Positions 50,236-63,901 of a stretch of DNA of 64,000 nucleotides are shown one piece after another (the stretch's first letter is position 1; every line of letters starts with the position of its first letter). The position numbers and the translations under genes are program-made. The notes beneath the pieces were generated by a model that worked only from the letters and a program-made list of their open reading frames with translations, searched no databases and was not told where the DNA came from. Source of the stretch: Ptychomitrium polyphyllum (lineage: Eukaryota); assembly GCA_973851085.1 (NCBI GenBank), contig OZ316775.1:14508001-14572000 (forward strand), given 5' to 3'.

Positions 50236-53200
50236 CATTGGTGGTCTTAGTGGTGTTGTGGTATAGCCATCAAAGATTTTGATGTATTAATGAGTAAGCA
50301 ATCAACAATGTACCTTTTTAATCTATTGATAATTATTTTTTGATATTTTTGTTAATTATTTGGATCTTAAGAAATAAACATGGTTGAAATCAGTATTCCC
50401 TCATATGATAGGGCATTGGTCCTTGTAAAAGAGGGACTTCTAACTATTGTAGTAGATGTTTATGATATCAATGAGTCTAAGCTTTGGCTATGGAAGAAGT
50501 ATAAATTTAGTTCCTTTAATTTTATTTCCACATTAAAAAATCCATTCATCTCATTCTTAAGTTAGTATGTCACTTTGCTGCATGATTCTTTTGCTGCTTG
50601 TGCGACCGATCTTAGATACAAATGTATAAATGTTGAAGTGCAAGTTTGTGCATGGATATTATGAAGGAAATTGTGCATTATATGTGTATCTATTCAATGA
50701 CCTCAAGAAGTTGAAAATATTTTTGACTTAGCATTTTTGATATAGAATGTTCATTGGATTCATGCCAATGTCACTTTTGACAATAGCATTAAAAAAAATA
50801 CGAAGCTTCAGTACTTGTGTAAAAAAATGTATTTTATATAAGAATGAAAATATTAATTTATTGCATGGAAGAGACATATAAAGAAGCACTACTTTGGAAT
50901 GCAATATGATCCAAAGTTTTATAGGCTTATTGAATGCATCATCATTGATCCATTAGGGAATGGTGGATGGTTTTTGAATGTGATGAACAACATCAATCAA
51001 TAAGGACTTTGTTATATTATTAATATATATCTTTTTTATCATTGAATGTGATGCTTTAATTTTTCTATTAATGAAGTTTTTGGTAAGATTTAGGTCCACA
51101 CTATACAACCACATGAAGACAAACTTGATGCATAAGATTTACCAAATTCAACAATTTAGCACTCTTCCACTAATGAGCTTCAAGAACATAATTCTAAAGA
51201 AAGATTATAATACTTGTAAAAAGTTCAAGAGGCAGGGAAGCACATGGTACACATTGACCATCAATGTGTTCATATCATTCCTCTACAAGGTGAATTTGTG
51301 CTAATCTTGTTGATTTTATAATTATATTTAAAAAATAAAAGTTGAACTTTTGTCTTTGTATTATGAAATTGTGGCTATATTGGATGATGCATGACAATAT
51401 TACAAAGAAATGACAAAGCTAGCACTTCAAACAGCAAAAAGAATTTGGCAAGCAATGAATTAAATTGTGAAAGTAGATATTAAACATATGTGAAAGTAAG
51501 AATTTGAGAAGCTTGTAGCAAATGAAAATCTAAAGAATGGAAAAGATTTTATAAAAGAAATACAAATTTGTAATTACAACTTTGAGTCTTATTGGTGAAT
51601 TTTGTATACATTTTGAATTACTTTAGGTATTTCTTTGTTTGTCTTTTAGACACAAATGGTTTGTTTGTCATTGCAGTTTCTTATTGATGACCTCAAAGGG
51701 ACTTCACTTAACAAATGGCTTACTTGAACAACTTTTTGGGCTCAAGTAAATTTAATTTATTCATTTGTCTTTATTCTTAACAGTTAATTTTATAAAATGG
51801 TTGCAGACAAAAAAACAATTTGACTGATTTTAATGTCATTGTATGCAACTAGAGCATAATTTTGTCATTAAGTTTGAAGAAATGGTTTGTGATCTTGACA
51901 AAGTCAATTGGTTTGTTTCAATGGAAATTTTGAAATTGTCCAATTATGTTGAGTGTTAGCATAATTCAATATAAAACAAGATTTTTGCTCCCTACTTCAT
52001 CTTTCACAAGGATTTACAAAAGCAAATAATTTTGTAGAACTTGTTGGTAGTGAACAAGCCATTAAGTGCATCATCTATAAGTATTTATTTTATATCCTTT
52101 ATTCTAGGTTTAACTTAATATATATGAAGTTGGATTTAATATTATTCAATTCTATTTTTACAAAAGTAATTTCTAAAACCCTTCTTTGTGTTATTATACA
52201 ATATTAAAGCTTAATTGTTTGCAGACTAATCACCTTTGCCAAGTCCTCTCTAAGCTCTTATTTACTTCTTACATATGCAAAGGATGTAGCTATAATTTTG
52301 ACAACAATTTCCTTTTCAAGCTTAGTGCAAGAATAAGTAGCAAATTATGATCTTTTTATTCTACAGTTTATAAATGTAGAAGCTAAAGAAGATTTTAAAA
52401 ATACTTCTATTTCTATAGCTTAAAGTTTAAAAATTGTACTTGATTTGTTTATAAGGTATTGTTATGGTGTGTTTGTTTTTAATGTAATTTTTTCAATGCA
52501 TATTTTTTTTCATTGCTTTTACTTTTAATGCACTAAGGTATATTTATTATAATGCATTGCTATTTTTTCTTTCCTAAATCTTACCTTAATATATACATTT
52601 ATACTATATAAAAAAACAAACTTTCTTCTATGCAACTTATAATTATTGATTTATATCATTTTCTTTTTGGTTGCCTTAAATTTACAAGTCATTTTCAAAG
52701 GTAATGCTTATTAAAAAAATTTAATGTATTTTGGCAATTTTATTATGTTGTTGAATATAAGGCGCAATCAAAGGTTGGAATTTAGAATCTTAGAGATTTT
52801 TTTTCTTAATCTAAGAAGGGACTTTCAATTTTTTAAGTGGAATTCCAAAATTGCCTTTGGAACATGCCTTTTTAGTGTTATTTGCCAAAAACAAGTAATA
52901 GAAAAAATATTGGATAAATAATGGCATTGAAAATGAGGTTCTTATCCAAGTTGTCATTGTTTTCCATCAACTTTCTTTAATCAAGAAGACCATAATCTTA
53001 CTCTTATTTTTAAGAGTCTTTTGGTTTAGGAAGATGAAGTAGTCAAGGTGACCACTTGTAATATACGTGCACCTTATTCAAAAGTTCTAATTGTACCTAA
53101 TAGTTCATTTCTTGAAAACAAATATAGTATAGTGTATTCATCTTTTGTTCTTATATGTGTGCTTAAAACAAATTAAACAAAAGAAATTGGGTCTTATTCT

Positions 53201-55654
53201 ATCGAGTTACCCTCTTTGAATTTTAGCTTGGCCTTTTGAAGTTCTAAAATTCTTAATGTGACCAACCTTCTTCTCCACAATTTTTGCATAGTGCCTATTT
53301 TTTAGAGGGTAGTTTATTGATTGCCCCGTCATCTTTATTTATACTAGTTGGCATCTTGGCTTCTTGGTCCATTGCTCATATGCGTCATCTATTTCTATGC
53401 TAGCTAGCACCTTATTCTTGTAGCTTATCCTATAATATTTTCTTTTTCTAATTACATTTTTGTCCAATTTGTCATTCCTTATCTAATCTAGAATTAGGCC
53501 AAAAAATTTCTTTCTTCATGTCCTATTTATATGTCTAAATCTAGCTTATGGATCATCATCTTGCTTGAACCAAATGAATCTCTTTTCAAACAACACTACA
53601 ATAACAACATACATTTTTTTATAGTGATGATATTTTTTTTTTCCATAGTGATACATCCTTTAATGGTCAAATTAAAATGACCTTTCACATGGTATAAAAC
53701 TTGACCTTTCACATATTATTGCTTTTTAGCTCTTTGCTCACTATTTCCTACTCACTCCTCACATCTTAGTACTCCTCATTTAAAGAAGCTTTGACTTTTT
53801 AAAAATAATTTATTAAAGCTGTAAGAATAAGATGCTAGCTAGCATAAAATAATATATGGAGGTCATTTTTGCATAATATAGTGTAGACAAGGAATTTAAT
53901 GGAAGATAATTGCTTCTTGTAATGAATGCTACAAAAAAAAGAGTGTATTTTCAATACATATTTGTAAAAACGTCACATGGTATTGAAAATGCCATATATG
54001 ATATTTTCATAAATACCAACAAAACCAATTTAAAAAAGCATCTTTTACAGTTATCCTAGGTTGTATGTATTTGTAAGCCTCTAAAGATTCATGTTTTTTT
54101 TTAACAAATTGAAGAAGTTGACCAAAGTTAGATCTTGACCAACATAAAACAAAAGACTTAGAGTAACCACCCAAAGAGGGAAAAAAAGACCTAGTTTAGA
54201 AACCAAAAAAAAACATTATCTGGATAGCAAATAGAACATATTTGGACTCGCATCTTCAATTTTGTTGACTTGGGACCAGATCCAAGGAGCCAGGCTGCCC
54301 CGAAGTTTGCACGGACATGTTAGCCGGCCCACACTACATCATGCTTCTTACATCGACAAGAGAGTTCCGCTGATTCCGCGCTAGATTCCTGGGGATGGTT
54401 CCGCATCCACATATGCTCCAGGCTCTTGCTCCTGCCTGGCATCGCATCTATTATGTCCGCATCTGGTTTTTCTCTTTGTAAAATAACCGTTCTGCCGGAT
54501 GGCCACAAGCTCGTCAGTTGTCTGTCCTACAACTTGGGAGGTGGGCTCAGAGCGAGTCACCCAAAACCAAAAGACGGAGGCTGTGGAAAGCTTATCTGAG
54601 TACGGTGTGTGTGAGAGGATTACGTGAGGAGTATGTTTAGCATCTGCAGTTGTTCCTTTGTTGAGGAGGATGAGATTAGTTGAGGAGAGTGGAGACTTTC
54701 GACTCTTTTTTCCATTTTATTGATTTGGTCATCTTCGGCGTCGAGAGGTTGTAGCTAAGTGGCGAGGGAGAGAGTGTTTTGGTTAGCAACTCGTGCAATC
54801 AAATATAATAGTGCAAGAGCTTGCCGTGCTGGATATTGTAGTACTGGCTCGCGTGATGGCACATTCGGGATGAAATAAGCGGCATTCCGGTGTGTGGAGG
54901 ATGCAGCACCGTTCTTCTAGATCAGGTTAGGTGAGTTGCTATAGACCGCCGACTCAGGTTTGCACAGCTCTTTAACCAATGAGAAACAGAGGACGGGATG
55001 TCAGAAGCTTTAGATGGATTTAGTTTTGAAACGGCTTCATTTTACGTTAGGACGTCATTCTGTAAATAATAGGAAGGTGAAGTTTCCTTTCCTCGGTGTG
55101 CTAAATGAGAATGTTACTCTTTGATTTCAGGCATGGATCGGTGCTTTCTTTGTGACTATCCACATGGTCTCCACATTCTAAGCATCTCGATACTGTTGGT
55201 TGGTGTTTTTGCATCTTTTCTTCTTGGACTTTAAAAAATCATGTCGCATGTGAGCTGTCTGTGTTTATCTTACAAATTATGTGTTATGTCGTCCAATGAG
55301 AGACGATCTTCTTCTCCTAGGCCAGAAAGCGTGAGGATCTGCAAGTATCTCCGGTATGAAGACTTGATTGCATTATAACGTACTATGGTTGTAGCGCATG
55401 ATTGAGAGCTAGCTCGTTGATAAACCAAGTTAACGAAGTATTCTTTTTGCTAATGAACAGAGTGTCTGATATATGGGCGTTCAAAGTTCTCTCATCGAAT
55501 ACAGTTTCTGGACATTCCAAGTATCTCATTACAAACTGTTCCATGCAGAGTTAATGGTATATTCTCAAGAAAGGAAACATTCAAAGCCTGCGTGGCTGTA
55601 AGAAGTGTCAAACTGAGGTAGAAAGTCAGACTTGCGTTTCGAAGATCACGCGAC

Positions 55655-58600
55655 ATGAATACTACCAGTAACCACTTGCGTGTTGGAAAGTACGAGCTTG
55701 GGAGAACTATTGGGGAAGGCACTTTTGCCAAAGTCAAGGTTGCAAAAAATATGGAGACGGGTGAAAACGTTGCCGTCAAAGTCCTGGACAAGGACAAGAT
55801 CCTCAAGCATAAGATGGTCCAGCAGGTATCGTGTGCTAGTGTCAATTTAGTGCAAATTTTGCTGACAAGTATGTTTCTTCGAACACGAATGGGTAATTTT
55901 GCTTCTATGCTAGGACTGTCCATCTATTAACCTCGAGGCTGGAGTAGTATTCAAATATACTGATTTAAAATAGTGTGGGAGTCTCTTTATGTGAGATAAT
56001 TGCTCAACTCGAAATGATGATGCTATGGCTTGCAGATCAAGAGAGAAATATCCACCATGAAACTGGTGAAGCATCCATATATTGTGCAGCTTCTTGAGGT
56101 CTACTTCGTACCACAACTGTCCTCCAAAGAAAAGTCGTCAAGCGCCTTTAAAGCATCCTTTTCTTCTCCCGTTTGATGTGCTGTGTAGATAGTCATTGCC
56201 ATTCGCGTTAAGATTATTTTCAAAGAGCCTATGATTCCGTATGTGATTGTGAAACATCTGAAATTATTTGATATGCTAGGTTATGGCGAGCAAAACAAAA
56301 ATTTACATTGTGCTGGAGTATGTGGCCGGTGGCGAGCTTTTTGACAAAATTGTAAGAAATGGACCCCGTTCCAACTACGCCTTAGCTGTTCTTCTGTGCT
56401 ACGTTTACATCGTTTTCGACTATTAAGCTTTAATTTTCAGCTAACACACGAGTTGGGGTGGTAACACCGTAACAGGTTCACCTAACGCGGCTCAAAGAGG
56501 ATGAAGCGAGAAAATACTTTCAGCAGCTCATAGACGCAGTGGATTACTGTCATAGTCGGAACGTGTATCACAGGGATCTCAAGGTGAGGAGTGCAAGTCA
56601 ATGAATTAAGCTTATTTACCATGTAAGACGGCGCATGGTATTTTCAGAATACTCATAGTTGTTGAGTTTTGATGTATGGAAACAATTTATAGGATTTACT
56701 TTGTTTGAAGCATCTGGTATTTATGAACTGAGAACCTGATCTTTTGGGCATACTTCAACAGCCAGAGAATCTTCTCGTGGATGCGAATGGCAATCTAAAG
56801 ATCTCAGATTTCGGTCTCAGTGCACTACCTCAACAATGCAGGGTACTACAATTTTCTCCTAAGACATTTATCTTCTCCGCACTGTTAAGAATTTGAGAAT
56901 TTCGACCTGTTGCAAAGTTTGTTTTGTGTTCGATGATTCTTATCAACAATCATAATGATTTTGTTTGCAGGCAGATGGTTTGTTACATACAACATGCGGG
57001 ACACCTAACTATGTCGCCCCAGAGGTCATCAATGACAAAGGTTATCATGGAGCAACAGCAGACTTGTGGTCATGTGGTGTTATCCTCTACGTGCTTATGG
57101 CTGGTTATTTGCCCTTCGACGAGCCCAATTTGATGACCTTGTACAGGAAGGTACGCAAAATTTTCGAAATGTTACTATCCTTTTTATGCTTCAGTAATGT
57201 GATCCTCATGTACTGCAGAAGAATCACAACTGATTATCTGAGCTGTTTGGAGACGCTGGTGCTTAAATACTCTGATAGAATTGTCAATATCTTGCAGATT
57301 TACCGAGCAGAATTCTCTTGTCCTTCCTGGTTCTCAGCGGGTGCCAGAAGACTAATAATGAAGATTCTGAATCCCGACCCTAAAACTGTAAGTAAAGGAT
57401 TATGTCCGTCACGCTGCTAAACCTTGTTTCGTTTGAGAATGGATCTCTGTCTAGCATTTGCTCAAGTATCTGAGCGCACTGGCCGGCCCTTTCAGTCGCT
57501 TTCCATGCTTGATCTAGCGCTTTCTATTAAGCACTAGTAATGTATTTGCAGCGTATAACAGCTGCCCAAATTTATAAAAACGAATGGTTCAGGAAAGGGT
57601 ACACTCCTGCTACTTTTGACAAGGATCTCAGCGTCAACCTCGACGACATTGATGCTATTTTCAGCGATTCAACGGTATGGATGAACAGTCGCGTGTCATA
57701 TTGTCCGTTGCATGTCTAGTCAACTTTTGTAAAACAACCGTAAATGAAACATGAAGTTTCTCCGTAGGACGTGGTGTAAGGGGACAGGGTGAGGGAATCT
57801 GATCATGCAACTGTGTGCTCGCCTTGGGGAAGTTCTACCTCGATGATAAATGGTTCAGCTGTGGTCAAGTTTTAGAAAACATATTGATTGTAGACATGTT
57901 GGTTGTGGGATCGTCTCACGAATGTCAACGCGGGTCCAGGAACATATGGTAACTGAAGAACGGGATTCTAAGCCAGCGCCAATGAATGCGTTTGAGCTTT
58001 TCACTCTCTCTCAAGGCCTTAACCTCTCTCGCCTCTTTGAAAGTCGCGGTCAGGTAAGCAACCAGCTAATCTCGATCCATATTGAATGTACATTGTTGAC
58101 AAGAAGTAACAATGAATGTGCTTTTTCTCAGGTTTAATGTGGTCAATGATTGTATTGTTTCAAAGTCCTGATGCGGTTTGATAGAAAAAAATTACAGTTT
58201 AGGAATGTTCAGCGGATTCAGGTTGAATTCAGGAGCTGATTTGATGGATGTAAATGATCTTTATTTGCAGGAAACCGGGCCAGAGACGCTGGAGACAAGA
58301 TTCACAAGTACAAAGCCTGCCGAAGAGATTATAAGCACCATTGAGAAGGCTGCTAAGCCTCTTGGCTTCAATGTGCAGAAACGGTTTTATAAGATGAAAT
58401 TGCAAGGAGACAAGCTTGGCAGAAAGGGGCATCTTTCAGTGGCTACTGAGGTTGGTTTCTTGTTGATGATGAGAAATTTTGGTACATTCAATTCTAGATA
58501 AAGGCGGCCTTATCAATTTCTTGCCGTGACATCACCTGCTTCAGTAGTTAGAGCCCCTCTCACAGCATTTGAGAACATGAATTTTTAAAAAGAGATTGCT

Positions 58601-59231
58601 TTACATTCGTTGCACTGAGTGCATGTGTTAACAAGTGAAGGAAGCTAAGAAGCAAGATTGATGGGTTGACTTCATGGACATTGGCATTCATCTTCATTTG
58701 TTCAAAGGAGTCTTGCAAGTAGAACCTTTGCTTAGTACATATTACAAGGCTCTTATGAATTGATATATTGCTGAGTAAACGTCACTATATTCCAATGGTT
58801 AATTCATAATTCACAAAGAAATGATCATACATGAACTGCCACGTTATATTGTTGGCTGCAGATTTTTGAAGTTGCACCCTCTCTTTTCATGGTTGAATTA
58901 CGTAAGAGGGGAGGGGATACGCTGGAGTATCATAATGTAAGTTTCCTTGTTTATTCCAGCCAGCAGTAATTTATTGCAGTTAGAATATCAATCTGTTTAA
59001 TTGTACAATGTTATGATTTAGTATGAAGAAGAGGGTGAATTTACAAATGACTTGGTGAGAAACCTAGGTTAGAGAGGTGAGTTTAAATGTGACTGTGATA
59101 CGTTTACAAACTCCATCAAAATTTTTTAATAGATAATTGCAACTTGACTGCAGTTTTACAGAAACCTCTCCAAATGCATCAAAGACATTGTGTGGACATC
59201 AGAAGATGGGAAGACTTCTTCAGTACAGTGA
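55655..59231 (+). CDS. CIPK: CBL-interacting protein kinase (SnRK3), intron-rich clade, 444 aa
   Basis: Twelve exons (55655-55825, 56036-56098, 56280-56351, 56476-56583, 56762-56842, 56971-57150, 57298-57387, 57552-57674, 57940-58053, 58271-58450, 58862-58936, 59154-59231) sum to 1335 nt. Kinase motifs [22 protein letters not shown] and [15 protein letters not shown], plus the NAF motif [19 protein letters not shown]. Confidence 0.96.
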
Positions 59232-62200
59232 CAAAGATGGGACATCGTAAAGCTGTGTGCTGCTAACTGGTTTTCTATGAAGAGTTTGTGGCTACTCTTG
59301 GCATTACAGGAACAACAACCCAGGCATAATTGAACTGTCTTCTCCTGCTAAACTCTGGGCCCATATCCACTTACGTCCAACAAAAGCAGTTATTAAGGAA
59401 CTAAAAACACTATTAGAAGCTGTTTGCGGTCCTAGAAAGAAGGATGAAATTCCCATGAAATGCATATCATGCACTCCAACCCCATGAGGTTGTATGGTTT
59501 CCAATCGTGAGACATTCTCAAGGAGAATTATTCACATTCAAGCTTCAAATTTCACACTTTCAAACACCTAAAATGAATTCTTTGTTGTTAAAAAGTACAA
59601 AATAAATTTGTATAATTGTAAGATATGTGAGTCAATATTCTTTATTGTAAAAAACTAACATTATTGGATTACTTAACATTAATTAATATCATGGTTTAGG
59701 GCTTAGAATATTAAGTGTCCAAACTATAAGTGGTATCTTGCTTGAAGAATGAGATCATTTTAAGAATATGGAATATTTTCCACTAAATAAATAAAATATT
59801 AAGTTGGTTATGTTCCAAAATTTATATATGACTCCAAACAAATGGATTATGGCTTATCCTAAAAAATATGGAAATGACATTAATATAAACAACAAAGTTT
59901 AAAATAAAATAAAAACACAAAATGCCATATCTTATGTATTTTTGGTTGTCATGTTTTTGACAAAAATATACTATTTTTGAATTGCAACATTTTCAAGTCC
60001 AAAGTTTACTCTAATTTTATAGGTTTATAATTATTTTGTGATTGCAAGAAATAAAAAGACTACAACTCATGAAAACTCTAGTATCCAAATTTACCATGTA
60101 AGGTTCCAAGTAGAATTTTCATATAGAGAAATTGCAAAAATAAAAGTAATAGCCGAGCATGGATTCGTGTACAGCCTATGGCATACCAATGTTCTCAATC
60201 AATTGTCACTTCCCATTTCTTTGGGCTCCAACTCCAAAAGTCAACAAATCTAGATTTTGTTCATGATCTCCTGATCGGCGAATTCTATATCGGTGATTGA
60301 CTTGAGGTGCGCAGCCTTGGAATTCGTTCCAGTTAAAACAGTGCTGTAGTATCAACCCAACGTTGTCTAGATTTTGATGTGCAAATCAGAAGTAACCAGA
60401 TCTACGTTTCTTGATCCTGGCAAATTTGCGCAGTAACGGTTCTCAAAAGCTATCTAGCAGGTGCATTCTTCATAGCCAATCTGACGTTGTATTCACCAGC
60501 TCTTTGACTTTTCTAATCGGAGGAGGGATAACTGGGCAATTGTCTCTGGCGGTAACAAGCTTCTAATCCAGTGGCCCCGAGGAATAAACTCTTACGGGAG
60601 ATGAACTGCAGCAACACCGGACACAAGAGCGAGCGAGCGCTCTCCCTGAGAAGTAGTATTAACGGTTGTGGTACAATGTCTCTGCCTTCGCACTACCTTT
60701 CGCTGACGTTGTGTGTTGATTACTTGACTTCGCATAGGGTAGATCTTAGCTCTGACGATGATGTACTTGATTACTTTATCCTTGCAAGATGCGCCTTGGC
60801 GTCATTGTGTGGTAGCAGTTATCATTGAGCTTGCTTGCATGACTTGGATAAGCTAGTAATAGTAACATTAAGAATGCAAGAAGTCTGGCATGTATATTTT
60901 ATTTTGAAGACACATTCACATTTGACACGTTCAGAAGTTCAAATATGGTAAACAACGTTGTCAACCCCATGTTCCTGAAGTCATCAATGGTGTGAGATCA
61001 TGAGCTGCAAGAGAATTTTTACAGCGCCGGAACACAGCATTATGGTAATCAAGAAAACATTGACAGAAATTCGGAATCGAGATAATCAGATAATTGCAAA
61101 TCAACGTAGCGCTAAAGGCCGAAATGATCTTCATGATTTAGGTTCTTTGTATGGTGCTCTTACCTCTAGACACGTACTGCCGCTCACCGCAATTCGCAGC
61201 TATGAATTACATCACCGCTCACAGTTGGTAGGCTCTGAAGAGCACAGATCACAGATCGCCTGACTAGAAACAATCTGTCAGCAAAATGTTATTGAAGCAA
61301 CTCTTATTGATCTTCGATTCCGAAGGAGGCACTTTTGGCATGCAAACGCCTGTCTGCTAGAGCATCTTCGCCATGATGGTGAAACTTTCAACTAAAGATC
61401 ACAATCAAATTCAAGATCCCACGAATCCCACTTCCAAATTTCAACCTAGTTTCATCCCTAATCAATAAGACTGACATGGATGCACGTACTGATCCGAACT
61501 TACAGTGTTCAGTAGATGAAATGGAGCAGAAATGTCCAAAGGTGGACTTGTACATCACAGCAATTCAGAGCTCACGATGTATCGTTATCACTTACAAACC
61601 CGGAGTCATTACTTGAACCGCACAAAAGTCTTCACAGGTACAGTGACTTCTAGGGTAAACGTAGTCCACAACCAGGGCAAGTTGGCAGACTTGCAGAATT
61701 CTCTGATCAAAACAATTCTCTGATTAAAACAGTGAGGGAGTGTAGGGGATACAGTGGTCCACTAACAAGAACCCATAAAAACTACTCTACAAACCCACTT
61801 TAGACTAAACCCATACTTTACATAAACAGCAATGCGTGGACCCCTCACTTCTGAACAAAACAACGTTCTGCCCACAATCAAAAGCTGCATCAAGTCAATG
61901 TAACATACCTCAGTTTGCAGATCATTGACTTCTACAAAATCGAACCAGAAGCTCCAAGTTGACCAACATTTCAGTGTCTCAAGCCTAAAAGAAATAAAAA
62001 CTCACCAATTACCATTAAATGCCAATAATCCTGTAGAATTTGGTGGCACGATCGAGTATCCTTTTCGTCAAGGAACCAATCATAGGCTGAATCCATTTGG
62101 TGACAAAATACCATATCAAGGACAAACCATAGTAAATCCAAAGATGTGCAAAAAGAAACGAAACCTAAAGAACATCCATCCACAATACCATCTAGGTAGG

Positions 62201-62429
62201 GCCTAATTCAAAACAGACATGTAGCATACACAATCACAACAACGACAGCAAAAAGAAAAGGCAAGAGGCAACACCTTCAAAACGTTCAGTAAAGTCCGAA
62301 CAAGAAAACTTAACGCAGAATCTCTTCTTCATGAACATATCACAGCCATCCGTACAACTTGACGTCAAGCATCCACTTACTTCTTGAACTGAACTTACTC
62401 CAAAGAACCACCAGTATTCACAACTACAC

Positions 62430-63901
62430 AGAATCGAGCAATCTCCACTGATCTTATCGAATAGGAAAATCTTGCTCACGTCCAGTGGCTCGATGCACTC
62501 CGATGCGGGCCACAGATCTGGGTATCCCACACCCCTGCACAGAACGTAACCCCGGAGTCAGACCACACCATCGGTGCAAGAAAAGCATAGATCACGACCC
62601 ATACACAGTCGGAGGGACGATTGAGATGGCGCTGTACTTCATACACCGGCACCACAACGTGGTGAGCTCGGGGATGTACTTCATACACCGGCACCACAAC
62701 GTGGTGAGCTCGGGGAACACTGTGCCGGATCGCTTCCAACGCAACGACGTTGGATCACGTCACACGGTAACTCGAAGTCACGACAGGATCCCAAGTTTTG
62801 GCCCACAATGCACTGCAACATTCACAATTCTACCGTCTGAATGCCGTTGGCAAACAGACGTGGCTTGGCACATTCAACACTTGCAGTCACAATCGCCAGG
62901 CTGGGCTTACCAAGATGCTGCGTGACCGGGCACGTCCAACTCCGGCATCACATGTGTGCCTCTCAGACGCGCATATCTGGCCCAAACCCCCCGGTCAGTC
63001 AACACCGCGGCCCCATGCCGACAACACTCTCGCTTTCTCCTCGCCTTCAGGACCGACACAACGGAGCCTCGCCTTCTAACGACCAAGCTCCCCTGCATCG
63101 CCCTGTGGACAACAACTCTACCACAACCATGGCTACTTCGTCCCTGCAGCGGTCACAAACCCGATGCGGAAAAAACCACAATGATGCCGCCCCTCCAAAC
63201 AGCCCAGAAAGTGGTGGATCCATACTCCACAATCTCGCGGGCGTCGTCCATGGTGTAGCGCTCCGCATACGAGTAGGCACCCTTCCAAAGCAACGGGTAC
63301 GACGGAATCTCGATGGGAAATGACTGCTCATCCACGATGTGCCAATGCAGAACGTTCTGCAAATCACCGTCGCGTTCACGTTAGTCTCTCTCCCCGCTCT
63401 CCACGGACGTGCCCACTTCGACAGTCCTCGCCGTCCCAAGAACCAGCAAGCACGTCAGCCAACCCGGGACACCACACTACTCCGCCTCACCAGAGGCGGC
63501 ATCCTTCCTCCAGAAACAACAGAGTAGGAAATGGACTTACGAGTTTCGAGTACGCCATGGAGTCCAGCACGCGTTTGATGGACGACACGGGCTGGTAATG
63601 ACGAGAAGTATCTGACCAACGCCACAGTATCAGTACACCAAGACGATCACCAAATCTACCCCGACCACGCCACCACAGCCAACCGCATACAAGGACAAGC
63701 GACACAATCCGTTTCCCAGCCGATCCTCCATGTGACCGCCCATCTGTCGACAAGGACGACGCATGACTGACCGAGGCAGAAGTCAATACCGATGAGAAGC
63801 CCGCGGTATGCGAACCGGGGGAAGTCTCTGACCACGTACGGCGTCCTGCTGATTTGCACCGACTTTGCATTGAAGTTGAACGTCGTCAGCTGGCTGAACG
63901 T
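62430..63901 (-). CDS. HEXO: Beta-hexosaminidase (GH20), partial: 5' part lies beyond the window and the 3' part is apparently missing
   Basis: Exons 63901-63790, 63611-63541, 63356-63226, 62976-62911 and 62534-~62430 encode DFPRFAYRGLLIDTSRHY, KLNVLHWHIVDEQSFP, YARLRGTHVMPELDVPGHAASWGVGYPDLWP..EPLDVS. I found no downstream HLGGDE exon. Confidence 0.85.
62633..62716. repeat. Perfect 42-bp tandem duplication in a HEXO intron
   Basis: TGTACTTCATACACCGGCACCACAACGTGGTGAGCTCGGGGA occurs at 62633 and again at 62675. Confidence 0.92.

Noticed and set aside
50500..52400. Decayed DNA-transposon transposase
   Set aside because: Looks like eroded coding DNA, but has no assignable motifs or TIRs.
60515..60540. 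miR390/TAS3 target site (TTATCCCTCCT on the minus strand)
   Set aside because: Only the central 11 nt resemble the site, the part pairing with the miRNA 5' end is absent, and there is no second site.
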